NCBI GenBank assembly: GCA_963840455.1 | Contig: CAWIYV010000009.1 | Coordinates: 320,001-384,000 of the forward strand | Reading direction: 5' to 3' | Source: Nitrospirota bacterium | GTDB taxonomy: Bacteria > Nitrospirota > UBA9217 | Length of the DNA stretch: 64,000 nucleotides | In this document: positions 19,421 to 29,246 of the stretch, piece by piece | Numbering within the stretch: position 1 is the first letter of the stretch | Layout: the number at the start of each line of letters is the position of its first letter | Translations under genes and position numbers: made by a program | The notes under the pieces: generated by a model | Database searches by the model: none | Told to the model about the DNA's origin: nothing | What the model saw: only the letters and a program-made list of their open reading frames with translations

Positions 19421-20728
19421 ATGAACTTACTGGACAAGATCTCATCGAAAAATGCCACCGTAGGTATCATAGGGCTGGGATATGTCGGACTGCCTCTCGT
19501 CATTCGGTTCAGAAAGGCAGGATTTGCTGTGATCGGTTTCGACATCGATGAGGAGAAGATCAAGACCCTGAAGGAGGGAAGATCATATATCAAACATATC
19601 TCATCGCAGGACATACAGGTCCTGAAAGGGAACCTTGGATTCAAAGCAACATCGAAATTTACATCGCTCAGGAGCGCCGATTGCATTATTATCTGTGTTC
19701 CGACACCGCTCACTAAGCATCGGGAGCCCGACCTCTCGTATGTCATCAAGACCGGTGAGATCATCGCAAAATACCTGAAGAAGGATCAGCTGGTAGTGCT
19801 CGAATCGACGACCTACCCGGGAACGACCGATAAGGAATTGAAAACTGTCCTGGAAACGTCCGGACTGAAGGCCGGAAAGGACTTCTTTCTCGCCTTTTCC
19901 CCGGAACGAGAGGATCCGAACAACCAGGATTACGACACGAACATGATCCCGAAGATCGTGGGCGGCTACACCACGAACTGTCTGAAGATCGCTGACGCGC
20001 TCTATAGCGCTGTCGTGAGAAAGACCGTTCCTGTCTCATCGACAAGAGTTGCCGAGGCGGCGAAGCTGCTCGAGAATATATACCGAGCAGTGAACATCGC
20101 CCTGGTGAATGAGCTCAAGATGCTTTTCGACCGAATGGACATTAGCATTTATGAAGTTATCGAGGCGGCCAAGACAAAGCCTTTCGGATTTCAGGCCTTC
20201 TATCCAGGCCCGGGTCTCGGCGGCCATTGCATCCCGATCGACCCTTTCTATCTTACGTGGAAGGCGAGAGAATATGATTTCAGTACAAAATTCATCGAAC
20301 TGGCTGGAGAGATCAATACATATATGCCCTATTACGTGGTAGAGAAGGTAGTCGGAGCGCTCAATGCACAGGCCAAGACGATTGTTCGCGCGAAGGTCCT
20401 TGTGCTGGGACTGGCATACAAAAAGGACATCGATGACACCCGCGAGTCGCCGTCACTGAAGCTGATCGAGCTTCTCGCCCAAAAAGGAGCAGAGGTCGAC
20501 TACAATGACCCCTATATCCCACGCACCAGGAAGATGCGTATGTACGATCTCAAGAAGGAGTCGGTACCGCTCACCAAGAAAACGCTCAGGAAATACGATT
20601 GTGTGGTAATCGCGACGGACCATTCCTGCTATGATTACGGGCTCATCGTGAAGAACGCCGCGCTCGTCGTAGACACCCGTAATGTGGTCAATGGCTACCA
20701 CAAGCTGGGAACGGTGGTGAGGGCATGA
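19421..20728 (+). CDS. UDP-N-acetylglucosamine 6-dehydrogenase (WbpA-like nucleotide sugar dehydrogenase)
   Basis: GLGYVG, CVPTP, ESTTYPGTT, FSPEREDP, GLGGHCIPIDP, YKKDIDDTRESP. Confidence 0.9.
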   Translation: MNLLDKISSKNATVGIIGLGYVGLPLVIRFRKAGFAVIGFDIDEEKIKTLKEGRSYIKHISSQDIQVLKGNLGFKATSKFTSLRSADCIIICVPTPLTKHREPDLSYVIKTGEIIAKYLKKDQLVVLESTTYPGTTDKELKTVLETSGLKAGKDFFLAFSPEREDPNNQDYDTNMIPKIVGGYTTNCLKIADALYSAVVRKTVPVSSTRVAEAAKLLENIYRAVNIALVNELKMLFDRMDISIYEVIEAAKTKPFGFQAFYPGPGLGGHCIPIDPFYLTWKAREYDFSTKFIELAGEINTYMPYYVVEKVVGALNAQAKTIVRAKVLVLGLAYKKDIDDTRESPSLKLIELLAQKGAEVDYNDPYIPRTRKMRMYDLKKESVPLTKKTLRKYDCVVIATDHSCYDYGLIVKNAALVVDTRNVVNGYHKLGTVVRA

Positions 20729-21044
20729 CCGTCGCGATCAGTGGAAAGATCCCAAAAAGAGCTGCGGAGACAGCTGGCGTGCCGACGGGAGAGAGAGGAT
20801 CAGCTGTTCTTCAGGCGGAACAAAACAGGGACCGAGAAGAAAAAGCATGAACGTATCCGAAATAGTTCTTGATAGTTCCTAAAGTTGAGGAATATAATAG
20901 TAGCGGGAATAGAGAACAAGCAGCGAAAGACGGGATTCGGAAGATGTGCACGCTGTGGCATCAAGCATGATCCGCTGATCGATCAGCGTACCTGACACAG
21001 GGTCCCCCTTTGTACTGTTGGAAGAGCGGCCTTGTCTGTTATGT

Positions 21045-21500
21045 TTAGCTGATGAGCTTGCTGACCACAGCCGCGTAATCGCTCTCATACCCAGACGTGT
21101 CGTAGGCCGTTACGGTGAAATAGTATGTCTGTCCCTTGGTGAGACCAACGACATTGTAGGTGGTCACAGCGCCCACGACGATGGAGGTATAAGCACCGGG
21201 AGTGGTCCCGTAATACACCTTAAACCCCGCCAGATCGTTGAGTGGAGTTCCATCCACATTGGTCGTCGGCGGTGACCATGCCAGGGTCGCCGATCCATGG
21301 GTATTGTTTGCAGTCGATGGAGGCGTTGTACCTGATGGAGGCGTTGTATCTGTCGTGGTTGCGCCGCCACCGCAACCGAAGAGCGCAACGATCACGGCAA
21401 CGAGTGAAGCACGTAAAAGCATTCGGGTTCCCCGGATATGCGAACGGTCGGTTTTTCTACCCCGATGGGAACAATCCGTGATGGTAATAAGCGAAGCCAT
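21045..21500 (-). CDS. fibronectin type III domain lipoprotein
   Basis: RBS GGAGG. Lipobox LFGC, Thr/Pro linker, then Fn3 (LAWSPP...GFKVYYG...YYFTVTAYD...ES). Alternative start 21422. Confidence 0.8.
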   Translation of the reverse strand: MASLITITDCSHRGRKTDRSHIRGTRMLLRASLVAVIVALFGCGGGATTTDTTPPSGTTPPSTANNTHGSATLAWSPPTTNVDGTPLNDLAGFKVYYGTTPGAYTSIVVGAVTTYNVVGLTKGQTYYFTVTAYDTSGYESDYAAVVSKLIS

Positions 21501-21629
21501 AAACAGGCACCTCCGTGTTCAGCGATTATCAGAGTCGTGAAAAAAATTTTCCCAATTCTGAAAGGATATGGATTAAGGGAGCAACTGATTACTGATTACT
21601 GGTGTTACTCCGAATGTTTCATGGAAACT

Positions 21630-21672
21630 ATAGTACGAAATAAACGCATGTACATCTGTGACTGCAATCACA
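21630..21672 (-). promoter_or_regulatory. CRP box TGTGA-N6-TCACA (21657-21672) with a -10 TACTAT (21635-21630) in class II spacing
   Basis: Exact TGTGActgcaaTCACA; its centre lies 41.5 bp upstream of the start site predicted from the -10. Confidence 0.7.
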
Positions 21673-21839
21673 TTGCTGAAAAATATCTTATTATGGGCGT
21701 GGCGCATAACGCATTGATATGTAAGAGTAAACAACGAAAGTATCAAATGCTCTACCCGTAAATTCGCCTGTTTGCATCTTAGTGCGGTTTCTTGCCCTCA
21801 CAGCACAGTTCACGTGTCAATAATGCGGTTCTCGCTAAA

Positions 21840-21861
21840 AATACGGGTATAATACGGGTAT
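21840..21861 (+). promoter_or_regulatory. tandem 11-bp repeat AATACGGGTAT x2 containing TATAAT (-10 of the crp-family gene)
   Basis: Exact duplication; TATAAT at 21848-21853. Confidence 0.5.
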
Positions 21862-21908
21862 AGACAGGGGAAGTCGAGATCGTTAAGTCTGTCAGTTGGC
21901 TACACGCT

Positions 21909-22685
21909 ATGCATAGCCCCACAATAAAAAAAACGAGCAGGAAACGTAAACAGCAGGTCGGGTCTTCTGGCGCTCAGAATCCGGCTTTGAAGATTGCTCA
22001 CGTCAAGCATGCCGAAAATGGTATTTTGCGAAATATAGCGCTTTTTTCTTCTCTTTCCACTAATGAACTGCATGAGATCAGGGAGCACGTCATCCTGCGG
22101 GAATTCAAGAAGAACCAGATAATCCTTGGTGAAGAAGAAACAAGCCAATTCATGTATATCATTATTCGAGGAAAAGTCAAGATTTCTCGCCTGGGAAAAG
22201 AGGGAAAAGAGACGATTCTTTCCATGCATGATGCGGGCGAATTTTTCGGCGAACTATCACTGATCGATGGGAAGACGACTCCGGCCGGTGTCGTCGCGGT
22301 AGAAAATTCCACTGTGGCGATCATATCAAAGCATCATTTTCATTCGCTGCTGTATACGCAGAAACAGGTGCTGGAAAACCTTCTTCAGATACTGTGCTCG
22401 AGGCTTCGGGAAGCATGGCAAAAGATCGAGATGATGAATTTCAACGACGCCTCACAGCGGCTGAAGATGCTCTTGAATATGCTTGCAGAAACCTACGGGG
22501 ATAAGACGTCGGAAGGTACCGTGCTGCGCGTGAGGCTGATCCATCAGGACATGGCCGACATGACCGGTTTGACCCGCGAGACCGTCACGCGGGTACTTGA
22601 TAAATGGAAGAAGACCAGAGAAATCAATATCCTCGAAGGCAAATACATTCGATTGAACCCTGAATTCCATTCGATTCAACTGTAG
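21909..22685 (+). CDS. Crp/Fnr family transcriptional regulator
   Basis: cNMP-binding fold (GEFFGELSL) and HTH 'HQDMADMTGLTRETVTRVL'; no FNR Cys cluster. Confidence 0.9.
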   Translation: MHSPTIKKTSRKRKQQVGSSGAQNPALKIAHVKHAENGILRNIALFSSLSTNELHEIREHVILREFKKNQIILGEEETSQFMYIIIRGKVKISRLGKEGKETILSMHDAGEFFGELSLIDGKTTPAGVVAVENSTVAIISKHHFHSLLYTQKQVLENLLQILCSRLREAWQKIEMMNFNDASQRLKMLLNMLAETYGDKTSEGTVLRVRLIHQDMADMTGLTRETVTRVLDKWKKTREINILEGKYIRLNPEFHSIQL

Positions 22686-22826
22686 CTCTGACGTACCTTG
22701 ACGCAATCAGAACGGGAGCACACCCAGCTGTACTGCTATAAAAAGCGTATCTAAAGGTCGGGAGCGGTAGCGGCCAAGCTAGACAGAGGCCGGGGCCGCG
22801 CCACGTAGTTAAAGGTAACTCCAGCC

Positions 22827-23762
22827 ATGTTCAAAGAGAACAAGCAAAGATCGACTCCTGCAGCGCTCTGGATAGCGGTCATTATCGTTTTGCTCGAGTG
22901 TTCTGTGCTGCACGTTGTTCCTGACGTGTACGCGGCATCCTCGGACGTTGTCGACTTGGGACCTATAACGGTCACTCCGGACCCGTTGTCGAAAGGGCAG
23001 TATCCGATCATTGAAACCCGGGTCAGCAAGGCGCCGAAAGCGGCGGGCGAACATGTTGTAGTCAACATCATTGCAGTCGTGACGCAGCCTGATAATCGGG
23101 TCAAGTCGTGGAACTGGAAGAAGGTCAGTATCTCCCGGGGCGCCGCCAGATTGATAACCATTCCAAAGGAATATGATACTTCGATCGCCGGCACCTATCG
23201 TGTTGAGGTAAACGTATACAGCAATGATATGAAGCGCCGATATGCCAGTCGCTCCCGTTCGTTCACGGTGTCGAAGGAGGAAAAAAAGAAAGGTGCGGCC
23301 ATCGGACCGGCTGGAGCGGAGCGGGAAAGGGTATATGCGGGGCTCGGAATATACGGAAATGCATTGAACCCTGCCGGCGGTGCAACGCTCTTCCTGTGGC
23401 CATCAAGATATATAGGGGTGCAGGCAATATATTCGACCGGAGTCTTTAGCTCGTATGAAGGCCGCTTGCTTGTGAAGGGCGATCTGTCTTCGAAGTATAG
23501 CATCTATGGCGGAATAGGGTATATTCACGTGATGGCGGAAAAGGATGTCATAGGAGTCACAACACGGTTCGAGGACGGAGGGATGAGCGGAGTGGTCGGT
23601 GTGGAAGTATCTCTAGGAAAAAAGGTCCTCCTCTACATTGAATCCAGCGCGGCCAAGATCGACCTGGAACAGACGGTCACCAATGGATCGCAAACGGTGA
23701 ACGCTACCGTGAAGTATGCACCGGTGACGATCGGTATCGGTCTGGTCATGGCGATCTTCTAA
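22827..23762 (+). CDS. exported protein with an Ig-like N-domain and a C-terminal outer-membrane beta-barrel
   Basis: Signal peptide; amphipathic strands (YGGIGY, GVVGVEV); terminal Phe. Confidence 0.6.
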   Translation: MFKENKQRSTPAALWIAVIIVLLECSVLHVVPDVYAASSDVVDLGPITVTPDPLSKGQYPIIETRVSKAPKAAGEHVVVNIIAVVTQPDNRVKSWNWKKVSISRGAARLITIPKEYDTSIAGTYRVEVNVYSNDMKRRYASRSRSFTVSKEEKKKGAAIGPAGAERERVYAGLGIYGNALNPAGGATLFLWPSRYIGVQAIYSTGVFSSYEGRLLVKGDLSSKYSIYGGIGYIHVMAEKDVIGVTTRFEDGGMSGVVGVEVSLGKKVLLYIESSAAKIDLEQTVTNGSQTVNATVKYAPVTIGIGLVMAIF

Positions 23763-24015
23763 CTGTTGACAGTCATCATGGGATGAAACGATAATCGCAG
23801 GCCTGTGGCAACGGATAGGTAACGATTATGTAACGATGCCGGGGGGGCGAGAGCGGTCCGTCCATGGTTTACCGGTAGACCCCTTATGAAGTCATGCGGC
23901 CGTCATTGCGAGCGAAACAAGACGAACAAGGCGCATGAAACATCGAAATGTCGGAGATCTCTCCGTCTTAAAATTGGTCCTCCCAATGAACAGGAACGAT
24001 GTCGAAAGCGAACAG

Positions 24016-25839
24016 CTAATGTCGGCGTTTATGTGTATCAATGGGATAGGTGATGTTCAAATCAAGGGACGCCATGAGTTGAAAGATCTCAGCTTCGCTA
24101 AGCTGTTTCGCATATGCATGCCGGAGATGTTTGGAGAATGAATCGATCAATGCCAGGGCCTGGTTGTAATCCTGCTCGCTGAAAGGCTCTGAGGAATTCT
24201 TATTGTTCAGGTTAAGCACTCCGATGACGCGGTCATCGATCTTCAGGGGGAGGGACATAAGAGACTTGTTGTTGTATTGAGGAATGCTCTTTTTCGAGAA
24301 ACGTGCATCAGTCTCGACATCGCTGATGAAGAGCGGTTTACCTTCCAGTGCTACCCATCCTGCGATCTTGTCCCCTGGTTTTATGCTGGTCGTCTTGACC
24401 ACCTTGTCATCGAGTCCCCGGGCGCAAGCGACCCTCAACTCTCCAGTTAGGTCATCGCTGAGCATGACCGAGCAAATGTTGATGTCCATGGCATCGGAAA
24501 TAAAGTCGACAAAAAGATCGATGCTTTTGTTGATATAGGCGTTCAAGGTTTCCTTGCGATTGAGAGGGCAGGTCAAGGTGATCCGGGAAGCCGTATTTTC
24601 GTTCTCTGCAGTAATGCTCCAGCGATGGGCGATCGCGGTATTCCTGGCCAGATAGAGCCTGACACGGTCATCAGAGGAACGTGAGGGATACAAGGATGTG
24701 TCGCTATTCAACTGCTGGAGGATGGTGCGCGGCAGCGGCCGAGACAGATCGATGTGGAAAGAGAGCAGATCGTTCGTGCTCGAGACCGACAGGTCTATTG
24801 CATCATCAGGAGAGAGATAATGAGAAAGGCCTATCAACAGGTTCATGAACAATTGAGATATCCTGAGCCTGTCGCCAAGGATCCACATCGGACCGGAAAA
24901 GGGCGCAACGGTAAGCCGTATGCTGCGGGCTGACAATGCCGATTTCAACTGGCCGGCGGGAAGACTGTTCAGGATATCGGCGATATTGATCGGTGATTTA
25001 TCAAGCATGAGGGATTCGTCCTCGACCTCAAGGAACCTGATAAGATTGTCGATCGTGCTGGAAAGATTGCTGGCCTCCGTGGATATGATGCCATTGAACT
25101 CGCGACGTTCGCCTGGCGACGCCGTGTCGTGATTGTCCAGGTAATATATTGCGCCCTTGATCGCGTTGAGCGGTGTGCGGAGTTCGTGGGATATGCTCAT
25201 GAGGAACTCCGTTTTGATGATGTCTGAATCGATCAATCTCCTGTTCATTTGCTCCAGGTCGGCAGCCGCGGATTTCAGCCGGTTCAGCAATGCTGCGTTC
25301 TCGAGCGCGACGGCAGCATTGTTCGCAATGATCTGCAGGAGTTCCAACTCGTCATGCGAGAACGGCGCTCCATCCTTCTTATCGTTGACATTGATAATTC
25401 CTAAGGGACGGTTCCGGAACAAGATAGGACAGGAAATGAAGGAGCGCGTTTTGTAATGGTGCCTATCCGGCGAAAGGAATTCCGGATGCTGGGTTATATC
25501 CTGGACAAGCATGGGCAATCGCTTCTGGAGTATGATGTTTGAGATCGCATCCGCGCCTTGCGAGCCGAAACTGCGTATATATGCCGCATCAAGACCACGA
25601 GAGGAAAGTATGGAGAGGTCACCCCGATCGTTCGCGAGCATAAGAGACCCCGATTCTGCATTAACATATTTAATTGCAATGTCAAGAAGATAGTCGGTAA
25701 GCGAAGCGATCCTGTCAGAAATCACGATGGCGTTCGAGATATCTTGTAGGATCAGATAACGCTTCTTATACAAATCTGCATCGATCATAATCACACCGGG
25801 AAAATCAGACCGCTCCGTGCAGGATGCCGGTATATTCAT
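24016..25839 (-). CDS. GAF-HisKA-degenerate HATPase-GAF sensor (probable pseudokinase)
   Basis: Two GAF domains; H-box SHELRTPL; partial N-box; no DxGxG or G2 motifs. Start may be about 25788 (MIDAD). Confidence 0.8.
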   Translation of the reverse strand: MNIPASCTERSDFPGVIMIDADLYKKRYLILQDISNAIVISDRIASLTDYLLDIAIKYVNAESGSLMLANDRGDLSILSSRGLDAAYIRSFGSQGADAISNIILQKRLPMLVQDITQHPEFLSPDRHHYKTRSFISCPILFRNRPLGIINVNDKKDGAPFSHDELELLQIIANNAAVALENAALLNRLKSAAADLEQMNRRLIDSDIIKTEFLMSISHELRTPLNAIKGAIYYLDNHDTASPGERREFNGIISTEASNLSSTIDNLIRFLEVEDESLMLDKSPINIADILNSLPAGQLKSALSARSIRLTVAPFSGPMWILGDRLRISQLFMNLLIGLSHYLSPDDAIDLSVSSTNDLLSFHIDLSRPLPRTILQQLNSDTSLYPSRSSDDRVRLYLARNTAIAHRWSITAENENTASRITLTCPLNRKETLNAYINKSIDLFVDFISDAMDINICSVMLSDDLTGELRVACARGLDDKVVKTTSIKPGDKIAGWVALEGKPLFISDVETDARFSKKSIPQYNNKSLMSLPLKIDDRVIGVLNLNNKNSSEPFSEQDYNQALALIDSFSKHLRHAYAKQLSEAEIFQLMASLDLNITYPIDTHKRRH

Positions 25840-25849
25840 GCTATGTATT

Positions 25850-27169
25850 TTATTGTGTTTTCAGATGGTGGTACAGGGCCTTCCGGGAGATACCCAGTTT
25901 TCTCGCCGCCGCTGATTTGTTCCCGTTGCATGCGCTCAAGGCGTCTTGAATGGCCTGTGTTTCGAGCGAACGCAACGACTGAACGCCATCTCCCTCTGTA
26001 TTGTTCGCGTTATAGGTCCGGATCTCATCAGGAAGATGTTTGATGGAGACCCGTGGGCCCGGAGCGATTACAACGGCGTGCTCTATGGCATTCTTCAATT
26101 GACGAACATTGCCCGGCCACGGATGGGCGGTCAGCACATCAAAGATATCCTCAGAGAAAATGAGATGGCGGGAATCGCGTTCGCAGAATTTGCTCAGAAA
26201 ATGGGTTGCCAGCACAGGGATGTCCTCCTTTCGCTCGCGCAAGGGAGGCAGGTCGATGCAGACGACGTTGATCCGATAGAAGAGATCACTCCGGAACCTA
26301 CCCGCCTCCATCTCGCGAAAGAGGTCCCTGTTGGTCGAGGTGATGAGACGGAAATCGATATCGATGTCGATCTTTCTGCTGCTCCCCAGACGCTGTACTT
26401 GACGCTCCTGGAGAACGCGAAGCAGCTTTGCCTGTAGTGCGGGGTCCATTTCTCCGATCTCATCGAGGAACAGCGTTCCTCCGGCGGATTCTTCGAACTT
26501 GCCGGAACGGCTTGCAGTGGCTCCGGTGAACGCGCCTTTTTCGTATCCAAAGAGCTCGGATTCCAGCAGGTCCCGCGGGATCGCTGCGCAATTGACGGCA
26601 ACAAATGGTCTGTCGCGTCTCACACTGTGATAGTGAAGATATTTTGCGATGACCTCTTTGCCGGTGCCGGTCTCACCTGTGAGGAGGACGCTTGTTTCCT
26701 TGTCCTTGATCGTGGAGACAGTCTTATAGACACGCATCATCGCGTCCGACTTGCTTTCCGGCAAGGCATCCCCATTCGGAAGCTGGGAATTGACGTCTTG
26801 CTTGCTCTGGATGATCGCGCTGAGGAGGATCTGCTTCAGCTTCTGATAATCCGGCGGTTTAACGAAATAATAGAATGCTCCCTTCGATAAAGCGGCGACG
26901 GCAGAATCTATCTTCCCGTATGCGGTCAAGAACATCACCGGGATATGCGGATAATAAGTGTTTACATGGTCGAAGAGCTGGTAGCCGTCCTTACCCGGCA
27001 TCTTGATATCCGTGATGATCGCATCGACCGGGTTCCGCTTGATCAGGTTGAGTGCAGAGTCGACGCACATGGCCTCGAGGACCGAGTACTTATCAGCTCT
27101 GAGGATCGCGGACAGGACCCTTGTGGCGTTCGGCTCATCATCGACAAGTAGGACAGAGGCTTTCTTCAT
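25850..27169 (-). CDS. sigma54-dependent response regulator (NtrC/AtoC family)
   Basis: REC (VDDE, TDIKMP), Walker A GETGTGKE, GAFTGA, LFLDEIGE, WPGNVRQL and a Fis-type HTH. Confidence 0.95.
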   Translation of the reverse strand: MKKASVLLVDDEPNATRVLSAILRADKYSVLEAMCVDSALNLIKRNPVDAIITDIKMPGKDGYQLFDHVNTYYPHIPVMFLTAYGKIDSAVAALSKGAFYYFVKPPDYQKLKQILLSAIIQSKQDVNSQLPNGDALPESKSDAMMRVYKTVSTIKDKETSVLLTGETGTGKEVIAKYLHYHSVRRDRPFVAVNCAAIPRDLLESELFGYEKGAFTGATASRSGKFEESAGGTLFLDEIGEMDPALQAKLLRVLQERQVQRLGSSRKIDIDIDFRLITSTNRDLFREMEAGRFRSDLFYRINVVCIDLPPLRERKEDIPVLATHFLSKFCERDSRHLIFSEDIFDVLTAHPWPGNVRQLKNAIEHAVVIAPGPRVSIKHLPDEIRTYNANNTEGDGVQSLRSLETQAIQDALSACNGNKSAAARKLGISRKALYHHLKTQ

Positions 27170-28188
27170 AGGGAATCACCTTCCTTAATATCTTTCACGG
27201 GCAGCAAGAACGTGACTGTCGTGCCCTTGCCTTTTTCCCCATGTATCTTCAGATGCCCTTTGTAGTATTTGATGATCTCATCGGCGAGGAACAAACCGAA
27301 GCCGCGGCCCTGTCCCCTGGTATGCTGGTCAAGGACGGCAGATTGCGAGGAAAGATCGAGGCCCGCACCGGTGTCGGAGATATCTATCGCGATGCAGGAT
27401 GCGGGGGGGCACGATCTCAGGGCTGTTCTGATCGTGACCGTCCCCCCCGATGTCATCGCCTCGATGGAATTGTTGATGACGTTCAAAAGCGCCTGTTCCA
27501 GATGAAAGGAGCTGATTTCGATCGGGGGTATATCACCGAGAACGTATTCGCAGCGGATGTCACGAGTGTGAGTCTGGAGCGAAATGAGGACCTTGATCTT
27601 TTCTATCAGCTCGTTGACATTGACAAATGAGACGTCGCTGTCTAAGGTCGTTGTGGTCAAAAAGCGTGATATGAAGTTCTCGAGACGGGAGATCTCCGCC
27701 TCAAGGATCTCCATGAACTCAAACATGGGTTTTTCATGCGAGTATCGCTCACGAAGGTACACGACCGCTCCCTTGATCGCATTCAACGGGTTCCTGACGC
27801 CATGTGCGAGCGTGGCGGCAATCTTTCCGATCGCGATGAGCTTTTGCGCATCGATCAATTGCTGTCCAACCGAACAAGGTTCGGAAGGAACCAGCACGAT
27901 TTGAGCGTGATGGCCTGAACCGTTCGAGTTCCGGATCGGAGCGATCTTGATATCGGCCTCGCGATAATGCGAAAGACACCGGAAATGGCACTGCTTCAGG
28001 TTGACGGCCCGACGTCTTTTGAGAACCTCTCCTACCGCTTCTTTGTCATGCACCAGGAACGGTGGAAAGAGATCGGTATACTTCTTTCCTACGGCGTGAG
28101 AGGTATCCGCACCCGTGAGCATCTTCAGGTCGTCATTCCACGAGCGGATGCGCAAGTTCCTGTCGACAGTAAAAGTGAGTTCTTTCAT
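27166..28188 (-). CDS. PAS-like domain histidine kinase
   Basis: H-box LAHGVRNPL, N-box NVINNSIEAM, G1 DTGAG, G2 GRGFGL; overlaps the RR start. Confidence 0.88.
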   Translation of the reverse strand: MKELTFTVDRNLRIRSWNDDLKMLTGADTSHAVGKKYTDLFPPFLVHDKEAVGEVLKRRRAVNLKQCHFRCLSHYREADIKIAPIRNSNGSGHHAQIVLVPSEPCSVGQQLIDAQKLIAIGKIAATLAHGVRNPLNAIKGAVVYLRERYSHEKPMFEFMEILEAEISRLENFISRFLTTTTLDSDVSFVNVNELIEKIKVLISLQTHTRDIRCEYVLGDIPPIEISSFHLEQALLNVINNSIEAMTSGGTVTIRTALRSCPPASCIAIDISDTGAGLDLSSQSAVLDQHTRGQGRGFGLFLADEIIKYYKGHLKIHGEKGKGTTVTFLLPVKDIKEGDSL

Positions 28189-28310
28189 GGGTGCTAGGTG
28201 GTAAACAGTAGATTCGCATAACCTTGAATTAACTGTCGTTCAATGACAATTTTATGCATAATGATGTGTATCTAATAAATCCCCGGTCGAGTATAAAATA
28301 AAGAGAACGT

Positions 28311-28406
28311 ATTATAGCACAAATATATCTATTACCAATACCCGACAAAGGGTATTTTTAGGGTATTGAACATGCGACAATCATTATTAAGTACTAATTA
28401 TAGCAC
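28311..28406 (-). promoter_or_regulatory. two extended -10 elements (TGCTATAAT) upstream of the kinase operon
   Basis: ATTATAGCAC occurs at 28311-28320 and 28397-28406 on +, i.e. GTGCTATAAT on -; AT-rich region. Confidence 0.55.
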
Positions 28407-29246
28407 ATATATTCCAATATAAACAATAAGATAATAAATATCTGGCAAGGTGCCATTCAAGTCATTGAAAAATATATAATAATAATTAAGTATTAGCGAA
28501 CTAGCGTCTCAGATATACTATACCGTTGGGTCTGAACATATCGTCAAATCGTGATCACCACGCGTCATTCGTATGATCAAAGATCCATCATGGTCTTTAG
28601 ATCCAATATAATCAGCGTTATCTGCACGCCATCGGTTACGATGCAGAAGATCCTAGATATATTAATAGTTTCACTTCATAAATATTAATAGTATAGCACA
28701 GCTTATTGTGTGACGTGTGTGTCCATAAGCGCTAAAGTAGTCGAAATCGCAATTAAAGGTCGACATTATTTTAGAATTTGTCCATGAAGTCTCAGATAAG
28801 CAACAGTTTCGTACAGAATGCATAGAACGTACTTGTTTAAGTGCTATGTCACGTACGATCATTTGGGTTATGGAAGTCAGCAAATTCCTAGGAGGCATCA
28901 AGGAGAGCGGAGCAGCTAAGGTGAGGGTGAATATGCTGAGCTCGTCCGCATTGGCATATTTGGCATATCATATGAGGATGGAGCTAGACCGTTCTATGAG
29001 CCGTGGACAACGGCGGGGGATCTCCGGTAGGGACATGATGATGCTTCACCTCATCTCTGAATGTATCGTATCGTTCCAACGGGATGTGGAAAACGATGGC
29101 CGTTCAGCTTGACCCCATCCTACCTATTGTCACTGCCAGGAATCTCGATCTCTCCATGCCAATACATTTGACAAGGTCCGATCTGCTCGTTCATTTTGCC
29201 TAGGAGATATATCCATGGTGTTCAAAATTGATATCCGGAGGCGACG

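Noticed and set aside
23900-23916. CGTCATTGCGAGCGAA REP-like fragment
   Set aside because: A single partial copy with no palindromic partner in the window.
28846-29112. 88-aa ORF in the AT-rich intergenic region
   Set aside because: No RBS or motif, and atypical composition.
28189-29246. sigma54 -24/-12 promoter for the local NtrC-type regulator
   Set aside because: The TGGCA occurrences I checked lack GC at the required spacing, so the target is probably elsewhere.
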